Below are positions 11,925 to 37,319 of a stretch of DNA of 64,000 bases, piece by piece. Within the stretch, counting starts at the first letter, position 1, and every line of letters begins with the position of its first letter. The notes below the pieces were generated by a model. That model was not told the origin of the DNA. It was given only the letters and a program-made list of their open reading frames with translations, and did no database searches. Where the stretch lies: positions 14,818,001 through 14,882,000 of the forward strand of contig OZ281497.1 in NCBI GenBank assembly GCA_965637545.1, written 5' to 3'. A program made the position numbers and the translations under genes. The DNA is from Phallusia mammillata. Its lineage: Eukaryota.

Positions 11925-13873
11925 ATGGATGATGAAGCTGAAACGTACAGATTATGGAGAATAAGGAAAACAGTGATGCAAGTAATTACTTGTTTATTTG
12001 TTTTTTTACAATATGTGTGTTTTGAAAGCTCAATATTTCAATTTGTATCTTTTTATGATTGACAGAGTTGTCATGCTTCTGCTATAAGTATAATATCACT
12101 AATCTATTAGTTGCTGTATTGTTTTTGCATTTCAAGAATAAGTTGTTTTAAGAAACTGACTTCATTAAAAGAAATTTCCCAACATACCGTATACATATAT
12201 GCCATGTTTGGTTGAGCAGTAAGACTAAGCACCAGTCCGATTTTGTTTCAACAGCAAACAGTGACTAATGAAGTTATCATTCTATATCTATCCTATGTAG
12301 TACTGACTAAGCTTGCTGTGTTTCTAATATAGACAACTCATTTTTATTGGGCAGTGAATGCTTTTGTTTCAAGTGGCCTGTGTTTAGATTGGGTTTGGTT
12401 TATTGCCAAGTCCACTGCTCTGTTTATCAATTTGTACTTTTTGGTGTTGTTAATTTGGATAATGAGCTTAAACAATTTCGGGACTTATTTGATTCTTGCA
12501 TTTAACTAACTCCTTGTTTGTGCAAATTAAATTTTCACATCTAAATTTTAGCTTTGCCATGACCGTGGATATTTGGTCACACAACATGAACTTGACCAAT
12601 CCCTTGAGGAATTCAAAGATGAATTTGGTGATAAACCCAGTGAGAGAAAACCTGGACGACAAGATCTTACAATCCTTGTTGCTCACAATGATGATCCGAC
12701 AGATCAGATGTTTGTGTTTTTTCCGGGTGGGTGCTAAATAACTCTAGATCAGTGGTTTTTAACTTTGTAGTATGCAGATGAGCTTTCTATTATACTTTCA
12801 AGTCAAATCCAAAATTGCAACTTAACTTACCCAACTGATAAACCTTGGGCAAAACTCGTGTTTTGGACATTCTTTCGGAGATGCTAATATTGCTGGTTTT
12901 AGGAATATTTTGTCATAGTAAAGAAGAATATGCCTTTTTTGTCTACTCATCCAAATAGGGTTTGGTGGTATGCGGCCATAGAAAAAGTCGTAAGGTTGTA
13001 CGCAATCACTATAAGGTTAAGAACCACTGCTTTGGACACTTGACAGAACTCCAATTTTACTTTCACAACTGTAGAAACCGCATTTTACCAATTAAGAAAG
13101 AAAGTCTTTTTTTATGGTTGCTTTGGTATAGTAGTTGGTTTGTCATGTGTAAAATCCTTATCTTTTTATCAGAGGAACCAAAGGTTGGAGTAAAGACAAT
13201 CAAGACATACTGTCAAAGAATGCAAGAAGAGAACATTCAGCGAGCAATTATCGTCGTGCAACAAGGCATGACACCCTCTGCTAAACAATCATTATTTGAT
13301 ATGGCACCAAAATATATTCTTGAACAGTTTTTGGAACAAGAGTTGCTGATTAACATTACTGAACATGAGGTATATTATTTCTCAAAGTTTCAACAATTGC
13401 GATACAAGTCCATTTAATCTTTTTAATTGTTTGATGTTGTAATTTAGGTTTTTTTTTTCTTGTTCCTTTTTTACTTGTCTGTCATTTGTAACTTTGTGTT
13501 AATTTGCTGCTTCTTTGGGTGGTAGCTTAATCTTTTGTATAAAACTTCCGTAAAAATCTGAATTGTATATGAAACTTTTGTAAAAGTCCTAATGAATATC
13601 TCCGATAGATTTTTTGTGGTTATTAACATATTCTAAGGACATGTTTTTAAAGATATTTGTGTCTTACAGCTTGTACCAGAACATGTTGTACTAACACCCT
13701 CTGAAAAGCAGGAGCTGTTGACAAGATACAAACTCAAAGACTATCAGCTACCAAGAATACAAGCTGGTGACCCTGTCGCGCGATATTTTGGACTTAAACG
13801 GGGCCAAGTTGTCAAAATTGTTAGACCCAGTGAAACAGCTGGACGTTATGTAACATACAGACTTGTTCAATGA
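11925..13873 (+). CDS. POLR2E: DNA-directed RNA polymerases I, II and III subunit RPABC1 (RPB5), 210 aa
   Basis: Exons 11925-11981, 12552-12726, 13173-13369, 13670-13873 total 633 nt. Protein runs [26 protein letters not shown]...[42 protein letters not shown], nearly identical to metazoan RPB5. Confidence 0.99.
12750..13029. mobile_element. hAT-type MITE (280 bp) in POLR2E intron 2
   Basis: Terminal inverted repeats (TIRs) CAGTGGTTTTTAAC / GTTAAGAACCACTG (13/14 match); flanks CTCTAGAT and CTTTGGAC form a decayed 8-bp TSD (5/8). Confidence 0.75.
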
Positions 13874-14205
13874 TTCTGGATTTTTTTGCTGGAAGTGAAT
13901 TCCAGCTGCTTCCAGAACTAGAGGTCAAACAGAATAGCACAATGCATATTGTGTCAAAACTTTTATTGATATAGTATGAACTTTTGCGAAGGTGCATGAG
14001 GGGTTACTGCTTTTCTCCACCATGCTATGTTTGCTTTGAGTGAAAATTTGACCAAAAATCTGCAAAAAAAAGACCTGATCAAAAGGAAAAAACATTCAAT
14101 AATGTTTTTCATCTTTTTCAAAAGGGGTTTACAAGCATTCAAAAGTCATTACAATTCATGTCTGTTAATGTGTTAGATTGGCTATAAAATTATTATTGCG
14201 TTATG

Positions 14206-16542
14206 TCATTGGCCTGCCAGTAATAAACGCACGTTTCTTCGGCCAATCCATTTGGACCACGTGTACTTACTTTTGATGCGTTTGCTACATCTTTGGCTTG
14301 TAGCTAGGGCCGTCCATTCGTATGTATAGTAATCGGAATCGTACTGGCAATCTCTCTTAACGGTCACCGAACCGTCCTGTAAGGTTCTCCCCGCTTTGCA
14401 GAAGTAGAAAGTGTAAAATCTCCACCGTGCAGCGGTAACTGTTTCGAAGAACTCGCCGACTGGACACAAGTTGAACAAGCGCTTGGCAACATTTGCGATC
14501 CCACACTCTGATTCTGAAACAACAATCAAAACTTTACATTTTTAGTGCTATTGTGTCGCTATGTTGTCTTTCACCAAGCGAAATAAACTCAACTCAACTC
14601 ATTGCCTCTGTACCTGGGGAAAAAAGAATAACATTTTTTTAATGTCCGATGGTACACGCAATTTGCCTATTTACCGAACCAGTCGACCAATTTTTTTTAC
14701 TTTGTATGCTTGTTTGCTGATAAATTCGGTAGAACTACTAACACTGGAACTCATCTAACGCAGGTGGCGCAACAGAGCATGGGCGCCGGGCGGTAATGGT
14801 GCTCGGCAATTATTCTTGCCATAAACCCAAATTGCTGAGTCAGCACTATAAACGCCTATGCTCCGTTGCGCCACCTACCAGAAAATCCCAGACCGGGCGC
14901 TAGCCAAAATTCCAGTGTTAGTTGCTCTACCGATAAATTCAGGATTGAGTAGTTGATCTCAATTGTTCCGTTAAATTTCACGCACGCTTATGGGTATTAA
15001 TGTTAATTTAATGGAAAGGCTTCTGTCAAAGTTACTGAAGTGGACACGCGTTAACAACAATCTTATTCACTTAAAATTTGTTAATAATCTGCCGTGACTG
15101 TGAGTTCAAAGTGTGTATTACGTATCCCTGATTCCCTGCGGGCACAAACACGTAAAAGCTCTTAAAATTATTGGAAATCAAGATAATGATTACATCTAAC
15201 AAAATGTTTTTTGTCTTCAACGGCATTTTATTTCGGGATTTATCTTTGATTCAATCCTGTCTCAAAATCAGTTCTACGGTAAACAAACTTTTAAAAGCCT
15301 TTAAAAATTGTATAATTGGAATACTTACTAAATGAGGTACACTCAAGAGGCAAATCAACTCTCCACATAAATGTTCCCGGCGTGTCGACGTTACTACTTT
15401 GATGAAAGTTCGACATATCTTTAGTTCCCGATCCGTCGGCCTCGTGAGAGCATTCAATGGCTCCATCGCGTAATGCAAATATTCCCGCCTAATCATACAT
15501 CAAAAAAGATAAGTAACAAGGGCGACAGATGCCTACATCTTGTCATAAATCAGTTTAGTTTCAACTTTTGAATTCCGGCCTTGTTTAGGGAAGCTTATGT
15601 ATTATTTTGTTAAACACCACAGATGCAACATGGCACAGATCTTTCACTTAAACAAGCTGAATATTTTAAAATGTATAGATTATGTAAATTGTAAACCATC
15701 CACGCTTTATCAGATTGTAACAATATTCCTTGTAGTTTGCAATAATACAGGGGTTCCCAACCGGTGGTACGCGTACCACTAGTGGTACGCGAAGGTTTTT
15801 TAAGTGGTACGCGAGTAGCTTTCGTTTTTTTTTCACAAAAATTTGGATTCACAACTTTCTATTTTGTTTATCTGGTTTTGTTTACAAAAAAAAATCCCCA
15901 AGCCTCTTCTTATTGTTACGTAACTATTTCTGTTGTTTCGTATCATTACGATCTACAAACTACAGGTCATGTCAATTGCCAACAAGAAGCACAGTTGCTT
16001 TGAAAAGCCGTACAACGCTGTGGGACAGTGGGCGTTGATTACGGCAAATGATTGCTCAGCCAATTGGTGGACAGTAAACAAAAGCAAAAATATCATTAAA
16101 TTTGCTTTAGTGTTATTTTAGTAGGCCAATATTATTATTCTTAATAAAATATGATTCGATTAAATAAGTTGTTCTGCAAGAAGTGGTACGCGTGGCAGTA
16201 CAAAGCGTCGAAGTGGTACGAGATCGAAAAAAGGTTGGGAACCCCTGCAACAATAGAATGTTAGAATTAAAGTCGAGAACGCGATATTCCAAACCAGTGG
16301 TGCCAAAAGGGAGGAATTTCTTCCCGGTTGGGAACCACTGTTCTAAACAATGGAGAATAAATACCAACATGGCCAATTACCCTTGCGTAATTTTCCTCCC
16401 AATTCGTGAATTCAGTGACGTTGTAGAAATAGCCAACATACATTTTGTTTTTATTTCCAGCCAAGACAACTTGATAAATATTTCGAACATTTGAGTTGGA
16501 GACCATCTGATATAAAAAAATACACAACAATATGATCCACAT
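14206..16542 (-). CDS. Uncharacterised secreted protein, 209 aa, 3 exons
   Basis: Exons 16542-16381 (phase 0 out, GTAATT), 15488-15329 (phase 1 out, GTAAGT) and 14513-14206 total 630 nt and are open to a TGA. Hydrophobic N-terminus MWIILLCIFLYQMVSNS; 7 Cys after the signal; an NVT sequon. No family recognised. Confidence 0.75.
14726..14933. repeat. Nested inverted repeats (foldback/MITE-like) in intron 2 of the orphan gene
   Basis: Outer arms 14726-14749 and 14910-14933 match 22/24. Inner arms CAGGTGGCGCAACAGAGCAT (from 14761) and ATGCTCCGTTGCGCCACCTA (ending about 14877) match 18/20. Confidence 0.75.
15748..16247. mobile_element. hAT-type MITE (500 bp) in intron 1 of the orphan gene
   Basis: Perfect 15-bp TIR CAGGGGTTCCCAACC; subterminal GTGGTACGCG repeats; TSD CAATAATA / CAACAATA (7/8). 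Confidence 0.85.
16295..16340. mobile_element. 46-bp minimal hAT derivative
   Basis: CAGTGGTGCCAA...TTGGGAACCACTG flanked by TTCCAAAC / TTCTAAAC (7/8 TSD). Confidence 0.65.
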
Positions 16543-19109
16543 GCAGTAATGGAGTTTACAGTTTTGTAAATTAAAGATAATTTGTCGTAGGACGATGAGG
16601 TTGTTTTTTTCTGGTTAGTCGAGTTTTGCGTAATGATAGCCTTTGTCAAGCTTTGATACACAAAAGATGCTATTATATAACGAATAATCCGATTTTTGTG
16701 GTTTCATATGTCTCCGTACAGCGTACTGATAAGTATGTTCATGTCAGTGAGGCCTATAACTAATGCCAAGAAGTCGTGCTAAAGACCAGCGCTAAAATTT
16801 TAAACAGAATCAACGACCGCTGGTAGATTCCGACTTGAGATCAAAAGTGGAAAGACGGGTTTTCCACGCAGTTGTTTCACATCTGACATTTGCTTTGAAG
16901 ATGGCAGTATTAATATCTGTTTTAATAGACGAGATTAAAGTGATGTGTTTTGTGGTTACGGTGACGTTAAAGGTCAAGAAAACTGATGTGAACAGAACAA
17001 GTGTTTAAATTAGTCTTTCAAATGTAAACGATCAATATACACAATCTAAATCTCCGTCAACCGTTCTAGTGCGACCTGATTATATATAGCCACTTCAACA
17101 ATAAAAACTTTATCACTATCAAAAGTCACTGTAACAGTTCAACTTTTTGATGTAAGCTTATAGAAAACCCCTAAAAGTGTGGTTATGCCCAGGCGAAAAT
17201 TATCTACCCTTTACGCTCGGCCGTTGGCCTCTTGCGCACGATTATCTGTTGCGTATGTACCAAACGGCCAATGAACGGCAGTCCCAAACTTTTCCCATTC
17301 ATATAAGTTAAGTTTTTTTAAGGCATTTTCATACCTGGTCCTAACTTGGAATAATCATACACCGCCCTCGTCTGATTATTAATGGCGGTCAGGTACAAAG
17401 GATTATGGTATGAAAAGACAAGCATGGCCATGTTACAATTTTGTACGGCGTCGTAAATGTTGCTTGTAAACACTACAAATTTTATTGATTCGATGCACGT
17501 CACATAAAGACAGAAAGTTTGACTATTAGGAAAAAAAGTACTATTGGAATAACATAACATATAGGCTAGTTTGTAATTAAATAATTGCTTAAAGAATGAA
17601 TTTCATATTACTTATAAAGTTAGGTGTTGAATTGAATGGATGGTTTGCTTAAACGTAAAAAAAGTTTTTGTTTTGTCGTTTCGTCGACACTTATTACGAA
17701 ATCGCGTGAATAGTGCCTAACTGTTAATGCAATTTTTAAAGATTTATTTATCAACCAATTGTTCAGCTAAGGGCGTTATGTTTTGGCCGTAAGTGACGCA
17801 CCCCGCTGGCAGCTACAAAGGCCGACCATCGCACAATTTTGAGACGTCGATCAATCATGCCTTTGAAGTTTTGCTCTCCCTTTTCGCGCCACAGTGCAAC
17901 TTTCGAACAAAGGCGCGTTTAAGCTCAAGCAGTGCTATTGGCCAATCGACGATAAAGGAACTTAGTTCAGTGGAATGACTTAGCTCTGTTAACACACTGT
18001 GTTAAAGTGAAAGTTAAGTTGTTGAGGCAGCATGCAGCTTTTCAGTTAAGTCTATTTTTCGGAATACACTTCAGGAATATACTTTATTTTGCCTTACGAA
18101 CTGCAATATGTTGCTGGACGTCAACTTATTTATGTATGAAAAGGTAAGCACTTGTTGTCCTATTGATTTCGTTGTATCTTTGTTTGTACCATAATATTTC
18201 CATGTTTGCATGTAAGCCTGTAGCCATCATTTTTTTTCTAAAAACCGAAAATTATTTAAACCGTAAACAGTTTTGAAATAATACTGCGCATTTTCATGTT
18301 TTGTAAAATCGATTATATCTATTTTATTTTTTGTTTAGATATCTTCATGGGCGCACGTCAAACTCAGTTCAGCGGGGGAAGTAAAGATGTGAACGATTGG
18401 CATTTTCCTAAAACCTTCATTAACAACAAGGTGCAACCGCTCGTCTTTAATTGACGACTGCAGCGCGAATATTGTGCGTCGACGTTGAGTAACAGTTTTT
18501 CGTACGTTTAATGTTGATGATTTTCCCTTTTCCGTTCGTATTTGTGGCAATAAAATTCAGATAAAAGCAATATGTGGGTCATAGTCCGTACTCATCCGGA
18601 AAGCCGATAGAAAAACTAGCAAGGTGGGTGTCCGGGGCATGTTAGGCAAAGTGTGGCGTAACGACGCAACAAGCCAGGGACTGTCAGCCATGGACCAGGC
18701 AAGGGTACCATTGTATGGCCGTTGGCACGGAACGTACATGGACCAAACATAATCCTGACGTACGCACCATGCATGGGGGTGTTTCAATGTCAACCCAGCC
18801 ATACATTCATATAAGGTTGAGACACGGTTGTCATGTCCGACCCAGACTTGGTTGCACTAGTAAGCCATACGTATTTGGACACGGCCCGGTCATAATTTTT
18901 TGCTTGGGTGGCTCATGTCACCAAAATCTCTTTTCCGTTTTTCGTGCTTTTCATGTAAAAAAACAAAAACCACGATCATAGAAGTTTATGATCGGAAATG
19001 CTGTTTTAAATCAACACCAACTTAATTCTTAATAAACCTGTCGTGTGAGTTACTATGCTAAACAGAAAAGTCACGGATTTTTTTATGATACGGATAAAAT
19101 CATCCCTAG

Positions 19110-19170
19110 TTGGGTTACGTCTTCGCTATTCCCTCAAAAGTGCTTCGCAACCCCAGGTTGAGAAACACTG
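19110..19170. mobile_element. Truncated hAT-type MITE end
   Basis: Ends CCCCAGGTTGAGAAACACTG; no partner end found. Confidence 0.35.
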
Positions 19171-21302
19171 CTCTGAAGGTTATCTTGAATTTCCACAACA
19201 GATAAAATTTTGTGCAAAACAATTTACTTGATAAGTTCACAGCTCACTAATAACTTACCATGGTGAAGTTAAACGTTATAGCGAATGCTTGTGACACAGT
19301 GAAATCATGATCCTGAAGGGATTGGCGAAATATGGTTTGAATTTTGAAATGATCCGTCGCATTATAAAGCTCCAAGTACGAAATGGATTTACGTACAACT
19401 GAAAAAAAAAATAGAAAGAAAATTTGTGCAACGCACATTGCGTTTCAATCGGATGGGGATTTGTGGTTAGAAGATAAACAAAATATGAAAAGGCCTATGG
19501 GCCTTGGTTCGGCAGACTTTTAAAAATTGAATTGCCCTCACAAACCATATTTTAAAGGTTATGCTTTGAGATTTTTTTTGTATTTCGTTATTAGCGTGTT
19601 TTGTTAAATTATTTTCATCCGGTTATAACCATTTTGGTAGTGAGAACGAATAAACATCTTTTATAAATTGCCACCAAACATGGTTTGAATAATAAACGTA
19701 AAACAATTTACTTAATATGCAATACAGTAACTTTAAGACTCACCAGCTTTTCGAAGGTCAATCAGAATTGGACTAAACAAAATCACGTCGTCCCTGACGT
19801 CATGCAACTCAGTTGTTCGCTGTGGGGATCCCATGCTTATTGTTCCCATTTCGTTTATCTAAAAACGAGTTGAACATGAAGTTTGTTTTATATTTAGTTT
19901 TTTGGTTAACCGCACTTGTCGCTAATAAATCAAATATCGGGCGTTTACGGACTATATCATGTAACGGTCAAAACAAGACCTTGATTGTAATTATGGGTGC
20001 AAACAAGGTGCCAATTTTGGCTTGCACAACTGCTACGTTCACTTGCGCAGCAACCGGTTTGGGTTTTTACACAGGAAGCCACTCACAAATAGACGATCAA
20101 ATTTTCCTCGGCCAAAGATCGTGTATGAAGAATTTAAGGCAATTTCTACATATTTTGTGCGCCAGTCGTCGTCAGTGAAGTGCTTGACACCTTTCCATGA
20201 CAAGATCTCGCTCCCGGATGAACGAACGATAAAAAACAAGAAAAATATGCCGCAGAACTTTAATTTTGAAGAAAAGAAGAAAATGTTTGACCAGGAAATA
20301 TTCATTCCTGTTTAATCTGTTTGCTCGAAATTAACTTTTTCATGAACATGTTTCACAACTATCTTCCGTGATGTAGTTACACTACATTCTAACGTGAATC
20401 TGAAACAGAACATAGATTGATGTAGAAACCTAAAACTTGAAATCGTTGAAACCTGGCATATATTACACCGTTGAAACCTGGCATAGCTACATTAGACCTG
20501 TTAAATAAAAATGTTCTATAAAAACTAAAAAAATAACTGCTATACTAATTAACGTGCCATAATGCGAATTATTTGAAATACTGCTTATGCTGTTTCCATA
20601 ACATTTATCTCAATCGCACTCAACCTTATTTGTTTCAACCTATAAAGTTCGCTCATATTTCATTAAAACTATTTGTTTCTATTTGGCGCCTGAAACACTT
20701 TGATTGTCGAGCGTAGTCTTTTCCGCGCCAGGGCGTTATAACCGAGATCTTTATGCCTACATTTGCCCCACACTTGACTTGACGAAGGAAACCCACAATT
20801 AGGCTCTAATCTCATGTTGTCGTCATAGCCTTGTGTGGAGTTGCGTAATTCACGTTGTCCGTTCTTTAACTGTATTGTGTACACGCTGGCGGGAAGTAAT
20901 TTGCGTCCATGTCCTTATGACGTTATTATAAACACTAAGAACTCAATGGCCAGTACCTATAGCTATTTATGATCGGTGTTGAGTGTTGACAATGGCATTC
21001 GGAACACAGGTGCAATCGGAAGAACGTGGCATCCCAGACAAGCACAACGTCGTTGTAATTGGGGGTCGCGAAAAGGGTGTGCTGAATTATTATGACAGCA
21101 ATTTAGCAAGATGCAGAGAATCTTAATTTGAAGTCGGTTGATACCGGCTCTGACACACCTCAGTTCGGAATCGATACTTCGTTTAACTTCTTGCTATAAG
21201 TAACGATTTAAGTAAATGTAAAATACTTTGGATGCAAGTTTGTTTGGGCAATTAGAGTAAATCGAAAACTCCACACATCACAAACGTTCATGTATTCTAG
21301 AT

Positions 21303-21599
21303 CAGTGCTTCCCTATGTATGGGTCGCGGCCCAAAGGTGGTTCGCTTGGTTTTGAAACGATGTCATCTACTTTTTAACATTGCTTCTTAGCCTTCATTTT
21401 TTCAAGGCCTTAAACAACTGCGAAATAATAATGTCATAACAGCTTGTTTTAACGCAGTGTTCGTTTGTAACAAGTTGTCTAGGTTCGTTTGTGACGTCAC
21501 AAGTTATCTGACTGTTTGTTTTACTCATTTGTCGCGTGAAATCACAAACTTGTACTTTCGAAACATTTGGGTCGCGTTAAAAAAGTTTGGGATCCTCTG
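21303..21599. mobile_element. hAT-type MITE (297 bp)
   Basis: Degenerate TIRs CAGTGCTTCCC / GGGATCCTCTG; subterminal GGGTCGCG at both ends; TSD TTCTAGAT / TTCTAAAT (7/8). Confidence 0.7.
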
Positions 21600-22046
21600 T
21601 TCTAAATGACCTCTTTACAACAGTAAATGTATCGCGAATTGTGCCTTTTAAAAACTGTCCTTAATCTTTTGTCTTCCCCGAACAACCACAAAAAGAATAC
21701 TAAACAGAATAAATTTGTCTACATGCAACTTTTTCTACAACCTTCTTTGGTTTGTATCGCTTGTTAGGCAAATTTGTCGTACCACAAGTTTCCTTATGTA
21801 CACAATAGCCGAAGGAATCTTTTTTTCTTTTCGTTTTGCGCTCTTTCCCTTTGATACCGATCAACGCATCGGTATTTTTGAAGCGGTACACCCTTTTAAC
21901 GTTCACTCCAAATTTGTACACCCCAGTGAAAAATTCTGTGGTCCTAACAGAAATAATGATGTGCAAAATACCAACAAGCCATAATCCACTTTCTACTTCA
22001 AAAAGAACTACCATTAACAACGATTATGAAGTGAAATATTAAACTA

Positions 22047-22176
22047 TGACGTCACAAATAGAGTTTTGCAGCTTAAAATCTACGTACACTTGAGATGCAT
22101 GTTGTGCATAGGCGCCGAGTTTTACAAAAATGCAAGGTGGCGGACGTAAATTATGACGTCACTTTATGTGACGTCA
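22047..22176. promoter_or_regulatory. Cluster of three perfect CRE/ATF palindromes (TGACGTCA), candidate KIF2 upstream regulatory region
   Basis: TGACGTCA at 22047, 22154 and 22169, about 1.6 kb upstream of the KIF2 ATG. Function is inferred. Confidence 0.45.
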
Positions 22177-23739
22177 CTAATTCTTGCAACCACACGAGCT
22201 CTAACTTAAGGTCCAATAAACTTTCAATAGAATGCAACGTTCGTCAAATTCTAAAAAAAAAAAATTTTTTGAATTAATATTCATTTGAAACACTTTGTTG
22301 TTTTGTCAATGCGTTTATCAGGCTAGCGAAACATCCAAATATGCGTTTTAAATTTTTGTCTTATTTTTTTTAGTTTACTTCAAAAAAAAAATCTTTCGAC
22401 CTTTAAAGATTTTTTAGAAAGTAAAAGTCTAAACAGAGTTTTTAAGCAGATTAATAGAAGAAGGCCTAAAGATCACAACTTGCAACACCGAAATCATGAA
22501 CAAGAATTCAATTGCATCCAGTTGATATAGTTGTCAAACTTTCAATTCAAGTAATTATCTTGGCCTGAAACTTAAATGTTGGTCCAAGTGTACCATTACC
22601 AATGATATTATTAGGGAAATTGTGTGTGTCCTATTTCATTCGGTGCCTGAAACTATCCGGAAGGTTTCTTTTTTGTATTTTTTCCTGTCGAACCCCAAGT
22701 ATTTTCCTAACAGGGATGCTTAGTTTTTAGAGCCCCTGGTTCCGCCAACGTCCCACTCCCAGTGGTGTTTGTGGTGCTTGATATCGTAATGAAATATAAA
22801 TGTTTTTTGTTTTATCTGTTTTAGAATAAAAATGTTGCCGGAAAGGTTAACAATTAACATTCGTTGAGATAGATTTGCAAACAGCAGTTCTAAAAGATGG
22901 CGCTTTATTGGTTGCGGTATGCGTTGGATGATTTCTATGTCATTGAAAAATTCAAAAGCTTTGTTTTTCCAAAAGTTTACTCGATCGTTGGTTGCGAGCT
23001 GATGTAAGTTGTTTTTTTACCAAATTACGAGACATATCTTATGCGTGTTTATTTATCACGATTAATTGTAGCAATTTTTGCCATCAGTAATGTGTATTAA
23101 ACGCATCTTGTTTGAACACACAAGCGTTTTGTACTGTGTGCTGTACATGGTGCACAAGGTGAGATAAAGTGCAAAAATCTCACATTGACCATAAAAAGAT
23201 GCTCTAATAAAAGGATATAAACGGTGACATAGCACAAAATATGATAACAGAAATTCGATTTTTACTATTAATATCATGTGTACAGTTGTTTGTCTGCAAA
23301 GCTGCTAAACACAAAAGATCATATTTACGGTTACAAGGTGTAGCTATGCAGCGTGTTTAGCTATTATCAACCAATTGTACCCTTTACTGTTGTGTTCTCC
23401 ATAGTGTTTTAATGTCACACAGTAATTTCCAGCTTGGTGGTTGTTTTAGTCCTAATATGTCACTATGTTTTCTTTCACGAAGCAATATATACTCATCTCA
23501 ATTTGAAAACTACGTATATTATTTTTGATATTTAAATATAGTATATTAAATTTATTTAAATGGTGTAAAACACTTTAGTTTAATCTGTAGATTGATTGGT
23601 ATTGTATAGGAAACAAATGATAAAGTCCCTAAAACCAAAATGATTGCCAATATTTCCAGTAGATACCATGTAACAAGAACTTTTATTTTTAGAATCTTTT
23701 TCTATTAAATGTTTTTCTTTCAAATTATATTTTTTAAAA

Positions 23740-37319
<13,580 letters not shown>

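Noticed and set aside
17250-17275. Minus-strand WPFGTY resembling the apextrin WPxGTY start
   Set aside because: A stop follows within a few codons, and none of the later apextrin motifs or splice sites are present.
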